DNA of 64,000 bases from Macrostomum lignano (Eukaryota). The notes below the pieces were generated by a model. It made no database searches. It worked only from the letters and a program-made list of their open reading frames with translations, and was not told the origin of the DNA. Shown here one piece after another: positions 13,116-27,711 of this stretch; the first letter of the stretch is position 1, and each line of letters opens with the position of its first letter. The position numbers and the translations under genes were made by a program. The stretch is from the NCBI GenBank assembly GCA_002269645.1, contig NIVC01000814.1, forward strand, positions 310,001-374,000, given 5' to 3'.

Positions 13116-13848
13116 TGATTTCTTTTTGCATTGCACTTCATTTGAGTAGTTTGTCTGTTTTCTTTGTGAAAGCTTTATTTGGCTATCTTCTTATTACTTG
13201 TAGAGAACAGAGATTCTATACGGATGTCCCCCAACGGGGGGCGAAGATTGCTAGTCTAATCTATTTATATTTTATACTGCTATAAATTGGTGAGTAGTAA
13301 AACTCCCTTTAAACTGTCTGACTGGCTTTACTGCTCATTAAAATATATTTATTACACCGAGACAGAGCAAGAGCGAGAGAGACTGATTAAAAGTACACAA
13401 GCGAGAGTAGAGAACAGGCTGACAGACGCAGACACATTGCGGGGAAGAGTAGAAATGATCAATAGTCGTGTACACACAGAATGTCTGCTGTGCATCCACT
13501 CCACTCCACAGTCCACATCACATCCACTATCTGTCAGCCCGGAGACTCTCTGACTCGCCCTTCTCTGTCTATCTGTCTGTCTGTCGCTCTTCCTTCCTCT
13601 CCATCGGCTGGTTTGGTTAGGAAAGTCGACCCACCGCTTTGCTTAATAATCTCACCGACAACTGTCTGTCTTGCCTGCCAACTATTAGGGCGTCAGAGTT
13701 GTTATTGCGCGACATATTTTATTAACTTAGATGGCATGAGTTTTTATTTGCTTTACTTCGACTGAATTTGCGACTTTTTAGTCCTAGTAAGCTGAGGTTA
13801 ATCAAATATTTGAAAATCTGTTGCAAAAGTGTTGAGTGGCCTAGAGCG

Positions 13849-14770
13849 GCGCCATCTGTAGGACTGGGGCTGATAGTGGCGCCATCTGTAGGACTGGGGC
13901 TGGTAGTGGCGCCATCTGTAGGACTGGGGCTGATAGTGGCGCCATCTGTAGGACTGGGGCTGATAGTGGCGCCATCTGTAGGACTGGGGCTGATAGTGGC
14001 GCCATCTGTAGGACTGGGGCTGATAGTGGCGCCATCTGTAGGACTGGGGCTGATAGTGGCGCCATCTGTAGGACTGGGGCTGATAGTGGCGCCATCTGTA
14101 GGACTGGGGCTGATAGTGGCGCCATCTGTAGGACTGGGGCTGATAGTGGCGCCATCTGTAGGACTGGGGCTGATTGTGGCACCATCTGTAGGACTGGGGC
14201 TGATAGTGGCGCCATCTGTAGGACTTGGGCTGATAGTGGCGCCATCTGTAGGACTGGGGCTGATAGTGGCGCCATCTGTAGGACTGGGGCTGATTGTGGC
14301 GCCATCTGTAGGACTGGGGCTGATAGTGGCGCCATCTGTAGGACTGGGGCTGATAGTGGCGCCATCTGTAGGATTTGGGCTGATAGTGGCGCCATCTGTA
14401 GGACTGGGGCTGATTGTGGCGCCATCTGTAGGATTGGGGCTGATTGTGGCGCCATCTGTAGGATTGGGGCTGATTGTGGCGCCATCTGTAGGATTTGGGC
14501 TGATTGTGGCGCCATCTGTAGGACTGGGGCTGATTGTGGCGCCATCTGTAGGATTGGGGCTGATTGTGGCGCCATCTGTAGGATTGGGGCTGATTGTGGC
14601 GCCATCTGTAGGATTGGGGCTGATTGTGGCGCCATCTGTAGGATTGGGGCTGATTGTGGCGCCATCTGTAGGACTGGGGCTGATAGTGGCGCCATCTGTA
14701 GGATTGGGGCTGATTGTGGCGCCATCTGTAGGACTGGGGCTGATTGTGGCGCCATCTGTAGGACTGGGGC
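13849..14770 (+). repeat. 30-bp minisatellite GTGGCGCCATCTGTAGGACTGGGGCTGATA
   Basis: About 31 near-identical units. Confidence 0.97.
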
Positions 14771-15529
14771 AGAGAATCTGAAGGAAAACCTTTGAGTTTT
14801 CCTCACCGCACAGTGCTTAGCGAACTCTAAAGAAACTGTATTTAATAGTGTAATTATTTTCGATACAAATCATTGTTTAGTGCGTAAAATGTTCCATATA
14901 CATGTAGTAATCGCATTTTTAAAATCGGAGTACTTCATGATTAATTACAAAAAAACATTTATTTCGGTTCAACGATCGGGAAAGTTTGGTACGCAGTTGA
15001 TTCTCTATCTAACGAATCTGTGAATTTCATAAAATCCTTGAAATGAAAACCAACTTAGAACCAGTAATAAGATAATTAGCCACATAAGGTAATTAAACCA
15101 TCTAATTTTGTAGCATAAACCTTCAATCCTTGCCTTGGTTAGTCAAAGCCTGCTTAGTTTCAAGCTTGTAGCCTTGAATTTTGTTGCCCGTTTTAACTTC
15201 CTTCAACCTTGACCAGCTATGCCGCTTGAAAATGTCCAACTTCAAGCGTTGGTTTCTGCTTTTGACTTTGGCGTAAACATGCTTCAGAAGTGTACGGGTC
15301 TGCCCTGTGTTCGCCATGTGTATTCATTGCCGCTTGCCTGCCACTTACCTGTCCTAATACGTATTAAAATGTTTGTTTAACTACAACGTATTGAATATGT
15401 CTCTTCTTCTGTTCATAAGTTATAGTCTGGCTCGATATGTCTGCTGTAAATTTTTGTCATTTAGTGTTCAGAAATTACGGTCTGATTGAGTGCATACATT
15501 CTGGTCGTTTAGTCATTTGAGTCAGTTAT

Positions 15530-16790
15530 TCTCTCGAATCATTGAGTCATTGAATTATAGTGTCATCAAATCATTGAGTAATTGGGTCATCAAATTATTG
15601 AGTCAGAATCATTGAGTCACTGACACTGAATCATTGAGTCATCAAATCATTGAGTGACTGAATCATTGAGTCATCAAATCATTGAGTCATTGAATCATTG
15701 AGTCATTAAATCATTGAGTCACTGAATCATTGAGTCATTAAATCATTGAGTGACTGAATCATTGAGTCATTAAATCATTGAGTCATGAAATCATTGAGTC
15801 ATTGAATCATTGAGTCACTGAATCATTGAGTCATTAAATCATTGAGTCACTGAATCATTGAGTCATTAAATCATTGAGTGACTGAATCATTGAGTCATTA
15901 AATCATTGAGTCATGAAATCATTGAGTCATTGAATCATTGAGTCATGAAATCATTGAGTCATTGAATCATTGAGTCATTGAATCAATGAGTCACTGAATC
16001 ATTGAGTCATTAAATCATTGAGTCATTAAATCATTGAGTCATCAAAATCATAGAGTCACTGAATCATTGAGTCATTGAATCATTTAGTCATTAAATCAGT
16101 GAGTCATTAAATCAGTGAGTCATTAAATCAGTGAGTCATTGAATCATTGAGTCATTGAATCATTGAGTCATGAAATCAGTGAGTCATTGAATCATTGAAT
16201 CATTGAGTCATGAAATCATTAAGTTATGAAATCATTGAGTCATTGAATCATTGAGTCATGAAATCATTAAGTTATGAAATCATTGAGTCATTAAATCAGT
16301 GAGTCATTAAATCAGTGAGTCATTGAATCATTGAGTCATTGAATCATTGAGTCATGAAATCATTGAGTCATTGAATCATTGAGTCATGAAATCATTGAGT
16401 CATTGAATCATTGAGTCACTGAATCATTGAGTCATTAAATCATTGAGTCATCAAAATCATAGAGTCACTGAATCATTGAGTCATTGAATCATTGAGTCAT
16501 TAAATCAGTGAGTCATTGAATCATTGAATCATTGAGTCATGAAATCATTAAGTTATGAAATCATTGAGTCATTAAATCATTGAGTCATGAAATCATTCGA
16601 GTCAATAAATCAGTGAGTCATTAAATCATTGAGTCATTAAATCATTGAGTCATTGAATCATTGAGTCATTAAATCATTGAGTCATTAAATCATTGAGTCA
16701 TTAAATCATTGAGTCATTAAATCACTGAGTCACTGAATCATTGCGTCATTGAATCGTCGAGTCATTGAGTTATGCAATAATTAAGTCATC
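15530..16790 (-). repeat. Satellite of 8-bp monomers (TGAGTCAT/TGAATCAT), inverted relative to 6950-9720
   Basis: The reverse complement reads ATGACTCA/ATGATTCA, the same monomer family as the left array. Confidence 0.93.
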
Positions 16791-16913
16791 AGTCTCCCGT
16801 GGAATTTAACGCAAAAGACGCTTACTTACAAATAAATGAATTTACGGCACAGCAAGCAAATAGAAAACCAAACAACGCATTTTAAAACCTCAATTTCGCC
16901 GATCAATCCGCAG

Positions 16914-19900
16914 GCGACATCCTGCTGGAATGGCCCGGCAGCGATCAGCTGACCATTCTGGCCCTGCTGAACCCCAGCCTGCGCACTCTGGCGGAACAGC
17001 TCGCCACTATTCAGCCTCGCCACCCAAATCGTCGTATTGTCTACGCTGGCCCGTTGTCAAATTCATCCGGTTGGCAACTGCGCGACGCCTTCGTGACACC
17101 TGGCCGATTGGCTCACCTGGCCGGAGACTCGGCCAGTATTGCAGCCTCCAATAATCTCAGCATTTTTGAAGAGGAGAATAGCGATGATCAGATGTTGGCT
17201 CAGTTCTCGTCTTCGCTAATTGATCGAACCGTTGCTATTAGCAACGATGCCAGTAACGGTTCAATGAAAATGCGACCGCCGGCCGACGCATCGGCTGCCG
17301 GTTCAATCGACTGCTCAAATCGCCCGGCTGTCTACCTGTTCCCCGAAGCTGAGTGCCCGTCACTATGCCTATGCGTTGACGGCTACTGTCTAGTTAGCGG
17401 CCTGGGCGTTAGCAACTCGCCAAGCGCCTGGCGATTCCTAGCCTGGCTGGTTCGCATCGATGCCCTGCTGTTGACTAATTGGTCCGAATCTGCCGGACTT
17501 GGCGCTCTGCTCGGCCATCTGGACGGTTGCGGCGGCGGCGGGCCGAAGCTTCAAGCCTGCCTGATTCCTGGCAAGCCGCCGGCCAGCTCTGCCGCCGTGT
17601 ACGATCTCATGCGCTCGTTTAATGGCGGCAACGGACTGCACGTTCAGGAGGCTTTGTCGTCTTTATCGGCTAAGAAGCCGACAGAGCCGCTCATTCTGTA
17701 CTCAATGGTCGGTCGAGGCTGCCTTAACCTCTATTGTTTCCCTGTTGCTGAGCAGCAGCAGCAGCAGCAGAAGACTAAGCCTGCTGTGGCTAAATCAAAA
17801 GATTCCGCGGCCAACGCGGCTAATTCTTTTATTAGTCTGTTAGTCTGGCAGCCGGCAGCTAAACAGGCGGACACTGCGGCTGCCTGGTCAAGAGTGTTGC
17901 TACCAGGCGCTGCCACCTATTCGCAGGTGTTGCAGGCGTTAGATCGGGGCGACGCCAAATCTATGGACTGTTTGCGCTCGCCAGTGTACACCGGACCGCA
18001 GGCCGCTGCCGCTGCTGCTGCGCCTACCTCGAAGAAAACTTCAACAGCCCCTGCTGCTGCTTCTGCCGCAAAGAAATCGTCGATTGTCAGCAAGGCAAAG
18101 CCAACAGCCGCCGCACCAGCTGTCAAAGCTCCGGCGGCCTCTTCATCTTCGAAGCCAACATCTGCCGCGGCGTCCAAGTCTTCAAAGTCGCCTAGTCCGG
18201 CGCCAGCTGCTACGCAGGCGTCGACTGGCGCCGTTAAGAAAGCCCCGGCAGCCGCGTCCACGGCTAAGCGAGGAGTCGTCGCACCTGCCGCCGCTGCCTC
18301 GAAACCAGTCGCGAAGCCGACCGCCAAATCGGCGCCGGCGGTTAAACCGGCCCCGACAAAATCGGCAGCAACAAACGCTGCTGCAAAGCCAACAACGGCC
18401 GTTTCAAGGCCGCCTGCTAAAACTGCGCGAACTGTTGCGGCTAAGGGGCCGGCTAAACCCGAACCGAAGAAGGCGACCTCTCCGGCTCCGAAGGCTAAAG
18501 CGGAACCAGCTGTACCGAAGGCTGCCAAGGCTCCTGTCAAAGCTAAGGAAACTGCTTCTGCTCCTGCTGCTGCAACTGCCGCAAAGAAAAAAGCTCCGGC
18601 GAAAAAGCCACCGGCGGAAGTTAAACCAGTTCAAAAAGCAGAAGACGTAGTGACTGATAAGCCTCAGGACACCACAGGTCTTACCGATGTTGTTGAACAG
18701 ACAACGCAAGAGATTGTTGAGGTATCTCAGGAAGAGCAAAAATCTCGCGACATTGTTGAAGCTGGAAATGAGGAAGAGCAGAAATCGCACGAGATCCTTG
18801 AGGCTGCTGATGAGGAAGATCAGAAATGGCACGAGATCCTTGAGGCTGCTGATGAGGAAGATCAGAAATCGCACGAGATCCTTGAGGCTGCCGATGAGGA
18901 AGATCAAAAATCTCACGAGATCCTTGAGGCTGCCGATGAGGAAGAGCAGAAATCGCACGAGATCCTTGAGGCTGCCGATGAGGAAGACCAGAAATCGCAC
19001 GAGATCCTTGAGGCTGCCGATGAGGAAGACCAGAAATCACACGAGATCCTTGAGGCTGCTGATGAGGAAGATCAGAAATCACACGAGATCCTTGAGGCTG
19101 CTGATGAGGAAGATCAGAAATCGCACGAGATCCTTGAGGCTGCTGATCAGGAAGATCAGAAATCGCACGATATCGTCGAGGCTGCCGATGAGGAAGACCA
19201 GAAATCGCACGATATCGTCGAGGCTGACGATGAGGAAGATCAGAAATCGCACGAGATCCTTGAAGCTGCCGATGAGGAAGATCAGAAATCGCACGATATC
19301 GTCGAGGCTGACGATGAGGAGCAGAAATCTCAAGAGTTGGCTGATGATTATAATGATGAGAAACTGGAGTCTAACGACATTACAGAGTCGGACGAGCAAG
19401 TTTCTAAAGACTTTACGGGAACCAATGACGCACACGAGAATCACCCTGAGAATGATGTTGCCCAGATGGCACAGGACGTGAATGAAGATGAAAATATTAA
19501 TATTAATCAAAATGATCAGCAGCTAATTGGTCTTGACGATCAAAGTCACGAAGGACTCGGGGAATTCGAGAAAGATCATTCGCCTAACATATTTGGTAAT
19601 GGCAATCAGAAGCCTCAGGACATGTTCGGCGGTGATGCTGGGACACCCCAGGACGTATTCGGCGACGAGAGTCAGAAGCCACAGAACATGTGCGGCGATG
19701 AGAGTCAGAAGCCACAAGACATGTTCGGCGATGAGAGTCAGAAGCCACAAGACATGTTCGGCGATGAGAGTCAGAAGCCGCAAGACATGTTCGGCGACGA
19801 GAGTCAGAAGCCACAGGACATGTTCAGTGATGAAAGTCAGAAGCCACAGGACATGTTCGGAGATGAGAGTCAGAAGCCACAGGACATGTTCGGAGATGAG

Positions 19901-21211
19901 AGTCAGAAGCCCCAGGACATGTTCGGAGATGAGAGTCAGAAGCCACAGGACATGTTCGGAGATGAGAGTCAGAAGCCCCAGGACATGTTCGGCGATGAGA
20001 GTCAGAAGCCACAGGACATGTTCGGCGATGAGAGTCAGAAGCCACAAGACATGTTCGGCGATGAGAGTCAGAAGCCACAGGACATGTTCGGAGATGAGAA
20101 TCAGACAGCTCACGTGTTTAGCAACGGTGGCAATGGCAAAGATTACTCGGACGCTATCCAGACAATGCGACCTCGTTACCATAGCAGCCAGTCTGGCGAC
20201 GGAGCCAGCGCTAGCGATGATCCCGTTGATGACGACGACCAAATTGGCACCGAAGAGGTCGACGATATCGTGTGGCGCGGACCTGGCAATGCCATGCAGC
20301 AGCAGCCGCTGGAGCCGTCACCAAAATTGGACACGGATTACCTACCCGGCAACGACGACGGACACCGACTGTCGGCTATGGAAGATGCCGAGGCTGTCCG
20401 GCCAGTGTCCGGTGAGTACGGCTTCGCCCGCGATTCGGACGACAACAATGACGACGACAACGATTCGGTGAAATTGGCGCCGCCGGCTATTGTCGGTAAA
20501 TCGACGCTCGACAGCGTAGACGAATTCGGTAATAACGACACTAGCGGTGGCAGCCTCCCAATGCCTGGCAGCGCCAACGGCAACGGCACTTCGTCTTATC
20601 TGTCCGATTCTGTGCTTCAAGCTAACGTTGAGGCCGATTCTACGGCTGGAGTTGGTGACGATGATTTGGCCGGAGTTGGCATGACAGATTCGTTCTATCG
20701 ACACGGCAGCGGCGGCGCTGGCGACCTGGACCAGCTGCAGCAGCAGCCACAGATAGATCCAATCAGCGGCTGGGATCAGCCACTTGGACTTCCAGCTCCG
20801 CCACCGTCCGCTGCGTCGAAGCGACCGACATCTTCATCGACAAATTCGTCCTCGTCAACCGGTGCGGTTTATTGGTTCGACTTGGCCTACATTCCCGGCT
20901 GCGGCCAGCCTAACAGCGTCGATGTTGACTTTTTCCGACGCGTTCGAGCTCGTCACTACGCTCTGGCTAGCTGCCAGCCGGATACCAGCGTGTTGAACGC
21001 ACTGCTGGAAGCTAAATTGGCCTCTTGGCCAGCTGAAGAGACCTGCTTAGTGCCGGCTTACGACACGGAGACCATGTCCTGCTGGCTTGGCGCCAATGCC
21101 ACCCGCTTAGCCGAGGCCAACATTCGCGTGGCCCCGGCTGTGGCCGGCTGTCAGGTGCGAATGGGCTCCGGCGACTCGGCCGGATGCGCCGGCTACAGGG
21201 TTGAGCTTTGA
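16914..21211 (+). CDS. futsch: MAP1/futsch exon 3 (4.3-kb terminal exon; microtubule-associated protein 1 family)
   Basis: Acceptor ccgcAG at 16912-16913, in frame with ORF 17054..21211. MAP1 N-terminal domain motifs (VYLFP..., WRFLAWLVRIDALLLTN, EPLILYSMVGRG, SLLVWQP, RVLLPG), a K/A/P-rich region, acidic repeats and a light-chain-like C-terminus (FDLAYIP...VDVDFFRRVRARHY...LNALLEAK...LVPAYDTE...YRVEL*). Confidence 0.93.
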
Positions 21212-23858
21212 AGCCGCTGAGTTGTTTGATAAGGACGTTTGAAACGATATAAGAAACGAAACAAAAACTATAAACTGTATAGATTCAACCAAGAGTTGGG
21301 GCACTTTAACCTTCTCAAACTATCCCATGGATAAGGGAATATATGATTTATACTTAGTTACCTAAACAAGGAAGCCTGTAATATCGCACACATTTACGTC
21401 ATTGCAACAGATTTCCTTAGCCCGTTGAAAACGATACCGTGACAAGAATTGCTAAAAAGTCGTTGCACACTTACTAATGACTCTTGCAACTCTGGGGCGG
21501 CTCTTGCGACTTTTTAACGACTCAAACGCGTATCAAATGCGACGGAGAGGCGACTGTTGCGTCATAATCACAAGCGCGTCGCGTGAGTTTTAGAATCGTA
21601 AAAAAATTTGCGAAAGAGTCGTTTAAGAATCGTTGTGTTAGCGCTGATATTTCGCTGACAGGCCAGTCCATTAATCCACGTATTTATGGCTCTGTTCATT
21701 GGGTTAGATAGCGAGTTAAGAGAGGATCGAAATTGATATGATGGAGGACTAAGTCCAATTTAATTCATTCTTACTTGCCATTGTCCGTTAAGTAAATCTT
21801 TTGTTTGTTTCATCGTTTGTTAAAGATCACAGGTCTTTCCATCAATGCTTGATTAAAACAAAATAAAAAATAGCCCTTCTTGATGATTTTAAGGTAGTTT
21901 GTGTACTTTTGCAGTCAAGCTGGATAATAATTAAAAAAGTAGCGAAACGGCTTTTTGTTGAACAAAAGTCTGTGGAAAATTTCTATTAATTATCCATTTA
22001 TTTATTTTATTTTTGTACTGATATTCGCGTTTGAATTTATTAATGTCGCTTTAATAATAGCGCTATTTTTATTTCCGCTATAATTATATTTTGAATATAA
22101 CGAATCACTTTTCTGCACGCTTATTGCAATTGATAAATAGTAAATTCAAAGTCCGCTGTTATATTCAGAAGCACCTCAGTACTTACTTGTCAACGTCTCT
22201 TGTTTTATTTTATTCCCGCTTTTATCTTTTAATAAAAAGTGTAACTAAATCTGTGTGTGAATGTGCAATTTTTTAGCGAAATTATTAGTCGAAAATTCAA
22301 CCGCAATATAACCTGGCTACAATTAATTGACATTGTTACTGCATTGGATGTTGTTTGTACTTTTTTTAATTACTAATTCGACAATTGAAATTTGTCTGTT
22401 TGTCCGGCTGTCAAAAAACAAGCTTTCTAAAAACATTTTACAGCTTAAATTTGCCTTAAGAGAATAAACCCGTGTTTACTGATTAAACTGTGCCGCTTTC
22501 AATGTTTCACTTTTTATTGTCACAGCTCGCTATCTGGATATGTCTAGCTTTTTTGTTTGTTTTTGTTTATTTATAATATATTTATTTGTGGGTAATTTAT
22601 GCTACAACATTTATTTTTAGTGTCCTTAAACTTTGGTTTGACCGTTTTTAACTCCCTTTATAATGAAATCTGTTTGTGTCTACATTGTCATGATTAATTA
22701 TAATTAATTTTTACCAAGCAATGATTAATTTTTACCATATATTAAAATTCGATTCTATTAAAGCTTGAATTATAGCTGGCAAGCCTTGTTACTAATTAAT
22801 TATATTGAAATTCTAAGTGTTGTGCAGCTGCCCAGTGCTTTTTGAAAGCTTTAGCATAACTCTCGAAACTTTATAAAGTCCGATTTTTTTGCAAAAATTA
22901 TAGCAAAAAATAAATTCATAAAGGAAAAGCCATTCACACAACCCAGCGGAGAGAGGCCGCGCGCCTTTCCGAGCGCCTCTCTGGCTTCCTTATTTCTTTC
23001 TAAATGCGCTGCTTTGCCCCGTTTCTCTTTACAAATCTTTCTGACTTTAAACGCATTCAGTTCTTTAACTACGTTTAGCCTGGATTCCTTGACCCGGAAG
23101 AAATCCGTTTCTCTTCGTGGGAATTCACGTCAGGTCGTAAACTACATCTGCTACTTTCGCTGCAATAAAATGTGATTTAAAATCCGTTTGTAAAAAAACA
23201 AAAAATAAACGAAAAAAAGAAATTCAATTTCGTTTGCTAAAATAGTCATACGAGTACGAGTACTTTATGGGTGTAATTATTGACATGTGTAGACGATGTA
23301 TAATTTAATGTATAAATATAACATCCGATTAAAGTTTGTTTAATAGGCAACCTTAAATAAAAGTGTTACATGTCATGTAATAAATAATTATATAAGAATT
23401 CAAATTAATTGTTAAGGTGTAGAAAAGATTAACAACAATCTTCTATTACGCAAAAAATCGCGAAAACACTCGATAGAAGATATATGGAGATTTTTAATAT
23501 ATAAAAATTATCACAGCTGCTCTTTTAACCCATTAGTTTGTTAACGTTTAGTTTTGGCAAGTTTTGTTTACAATAATAATAAAAAACAAATAGAGTCTAT
23601 CATAGATAACAACTCGCCTTAATCACAACAGCGATAGGGAGGCATAGAGGCAATGTGCTGGAAGAAAGACTGCCATTAATCAATTGTTGGTTTCTTTTCA
23701 TGTTATTTTCCTAATCATAATCTCTGCAGCCCAATTGAGGCTTTTAATTTGTACCAACAGAATGAAGGATGTGTGAATCTTTTTTATACTGAGGATTTTG
23801 TCTGCTTGATTTTCTTATTTAAACAAGAGCTTGTGCTAAAAAACATTCGAGATAGAGC

Positions 23859-24042
23859 CTACATAATTACACAAGTTTTAGATTTGGTCTGGTTGCCCTG
23901 ATCGTCAGTTGTTGTATTGCTATTCGAGTTTTTTTGCTCATTAGTTTTCATAGCCTGCTGCCGCTGCAGTTGAACCAGACGCTGGTGTTCTAGCTGCCGT
24001 CTCTCCATGTCTTGGATGTGTCTGAGGTACAGCATGTGCTCT
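23859..24042 (-). CDS. TTC24: TTC24-like terminal exon 12 ending ...TKSKTCVIM*
   Basis: Acceptor caattccAG; phase 2 gives LEHMLYLRHIQDMERRQLEHQRLVQLQRQQ...DDQGNQTKSKTCVIM then TAG. Confidence 0.72.
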
Positions 24043-24324
24043 CTGGAATTGTTGGAAGCGGAATAGTGCGTATAATTATTATTGTTATTACTGTTTGGTG
24101 CGCATTATATTTTTCGAACTATTTCAGGTGAAAACTTGTGGCAGTCATCGGTGAGTGGCCGAGTGTGAATTTTCAGCATGGGAATGCGCGTTAAATTCTC
24201 ATAATTACGAGCTTTCAATAAGGTCTGTTCAATATATTAACATGTTATTAGTATCGTGCGAATAGTACAGCTGTATGATTGTCTTGTGTCTGTCTTACAT
24301 ATGTGTCTGCTACCATCCGATTCT

Positions 24325-25130
24325 GTGCCTTAACCTGCTGCACCGTTTGATTGTGTGTCTAACCTGCTGTACCATCTGATTGTGTGTCTTAACCTGCTGC
24401 ACCGTCTGATAGTGTGTGTCTTAACCTGCTGCACCGTCTGATTGTGTGTGTCTAACCTGCTGTACCATCTGATTGTGTGTCTTAACCTGCTGCACCGTCT
24501 GATTGTGTGTGTCTTAACCTGCTGCACCGTCTGATTGTGTGTGTCTTAACCTGCTGCACCGTCTGATTGTGTGTGTCTTAACCTGCTGCAACGTCTGATG
24601 GTGTGTGTCTTAACCTGCTGCACCATCTGATTGTGTGTGTCTTAACCTGCTGCACCGTCTGATTGTGTGTGTCTTAACCTGCTGCACCGTTTGATTGTGT
24701 GTCTTAACCTGCTGCACCGTCTGATTGTGTGTGTCTTAACCTGCTGCAACGTCTGATGGTGTGTGTCTTAACCTGCTGCACCGTCTGATTGTGTGTCTTA
24801 ACCTGCTGCACCGTCTGATTGTGTGTGTCTTAACCTGCTGTACCATCCGATTGTGTGTGTCTTAACCTGCTGCACCGTCTGATTGTGTGTGTCTTAACCT
24901 GCTGCAACGTCTGATGGTGTGTGTCTTAACCTGCTGCACCGTTTGATTGTGTGTCTTAACCTGCTGCACCGCTGTGTGTGTCTTAACCTGCTGCACCGCT
25001 GTGTGTGTCTTAACCTGCTGCACCGCTGTGTGTGTCTTAACCTGCTGTACCGCTGTGTGTGTCTTAACCTGCTGTACCGCTGTGTGTGTCTTAACCTGCT
25101 GTACCGCTGTGTGTGTCTTAACCTATACCA
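24325..25130 (+). repeat. 30-32-bp minisatellite TCTTAACCTGCTGCACCGTCTGATTGTGTGTG, shortening to a 27-bp variant
   Basis: Direct reading; lies in the last TTC24-like intron. Confidence 0.95.
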
Positions 25131-26206
25131 TCCTTAATCTATGAATTTCATACCAATGCGAGCTACATGTACATACGTGAGACACACTGCAGCACACAAA
25201 TTTTTACAAGCAAAATTAATTGCAGGTAATTTGGTGAATCAATCAACTTTAAAATCATTATTGATAGGTTATTGAAACACTTTTATTTTATAGATTTAAC
25301 AAAAAAGTTTAATTATCCCATCAACAACCGAGTTAGCATAAATTATTAAACAGCTCTTTAATGAGTCGGCCACCTGGCGATCTGCTTTTAGCACAAGAGG
25401 TCTCTCTCGATCATCTCTCTCTCCTGTTTCCTGTCTTGTGCTTTTCCGCGCAGCCTGCCAGCCATCCCGTGGACAATTTCTAGAATTTTCTCTATTCCTA
25501 TCGCCGACGTCGAGATCCACAACCGTGTACATGCATACATGTACTTTTACGGGGGAAGTGGGGATGAAAATATGGGGATGTTTGTGCTTTGAGGGCGCGG
25601 GCAGGAGAGGGACTAATGGTCTGCCCAGGTATAGCTTAACAGCTGACATTCCTTTTTCAGACTTGCAGATAAGGACCGTGACGCTTATTTGTTGACGCAT
25701 GCCCCGCAAGGAAAATGCCATATTTATGACTATATTCCCGAGACTCTACTTGTAGTAGACAACCATAGTAAAATGTGTGATAAATTTATGATACCAGATT
25801 AATTATCAATCCCGGAAAAATCGACTGTGAGAAGTGAGAAATCAAGTGTGTGTTTTGCGTTGGCAATTAAGGTAATTAATTTTGTAAGTTTTTCATGCAA
25901 ATCAAAATTATATTGATTTTTTTCAATTATGTTGCCTTCAAAATAAGTCTTACTTAAATTGTAATCATGCCGACGAGCCGATTATAAATTTGATAATTGC
26001 GCTATATAACTACAAAAATCTGATAAGGAAGCCGGGGTACCACTTAGTTAGCGTCGACCAGCGGAACTGGAATTTAGGAAAGTACATTGTTTATTCCTTG
26101 TACATGCTACATGTTTATACAACCCGCTCACACTCACGCTCACATAGGCCCTGAATTTCTCATTTAATTTATTATATGAAGTAAAAACTTTACCAATTAG
26201 ACTCAC

Positions 26207-27711
<1,505 letters not shown>

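Larger units (their letters stand above)
10447..13254 (+). mobile_element. Non-autonomous Helitron, solo full-length copy
   Basis: 5' A|TCCTATATACTAAAAATG. Core motif AAAACGGCTTAACCGATTTTCTTCAAACTTGCAC resembles the 5' core of animal non-autonomous Helitrons. 3' GC hairpin CCCCCAACGGGGG then GATTGCTAG|T. A/T insertion site, no TSD, no Rep-helicase ORF. Confidence 0.88.

Noticed and set aside
12308-13149. LGDACY/MLAIWG repeat ORFs (also 36448-36831, 40572-41146, 44927-45762)
   Set aside because: 18-bp Helitron minisatellite B; frames are broken by 17/18-bp length variation.
13768-14806. 337-aa and 321-aa ORFs with 10-aa repeats
   Set aside because: 30-bp minisatellite translation inside the MAP1 intron.
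15123-15317. 64-aa minus-strand ORF (MANTGQTRTLLKHVYAK...)
   Set aside because: No recognisable domain or supporting exons; possibly a transposon relic but unsupported.
6885-16798. Calling the inverted satellite arms a definite Foldback transposon
   Set aside because: No target-site duplication at the shared GGGAGACT boundary and no transposase; reported only as a finding.
17917-20704. Alternative-frame and antisense ORFs overlapping MAP1 exon 3
   Set aside because: Shadows of a GC-rich, repeat-containing coding exon.
21418-21650. Possible PIF/Harbinger-type MITE downstream of MAP1
   Set aside because: Terminal similarity is only about 10/16 and the flanks (TTA/TGA) do not match.
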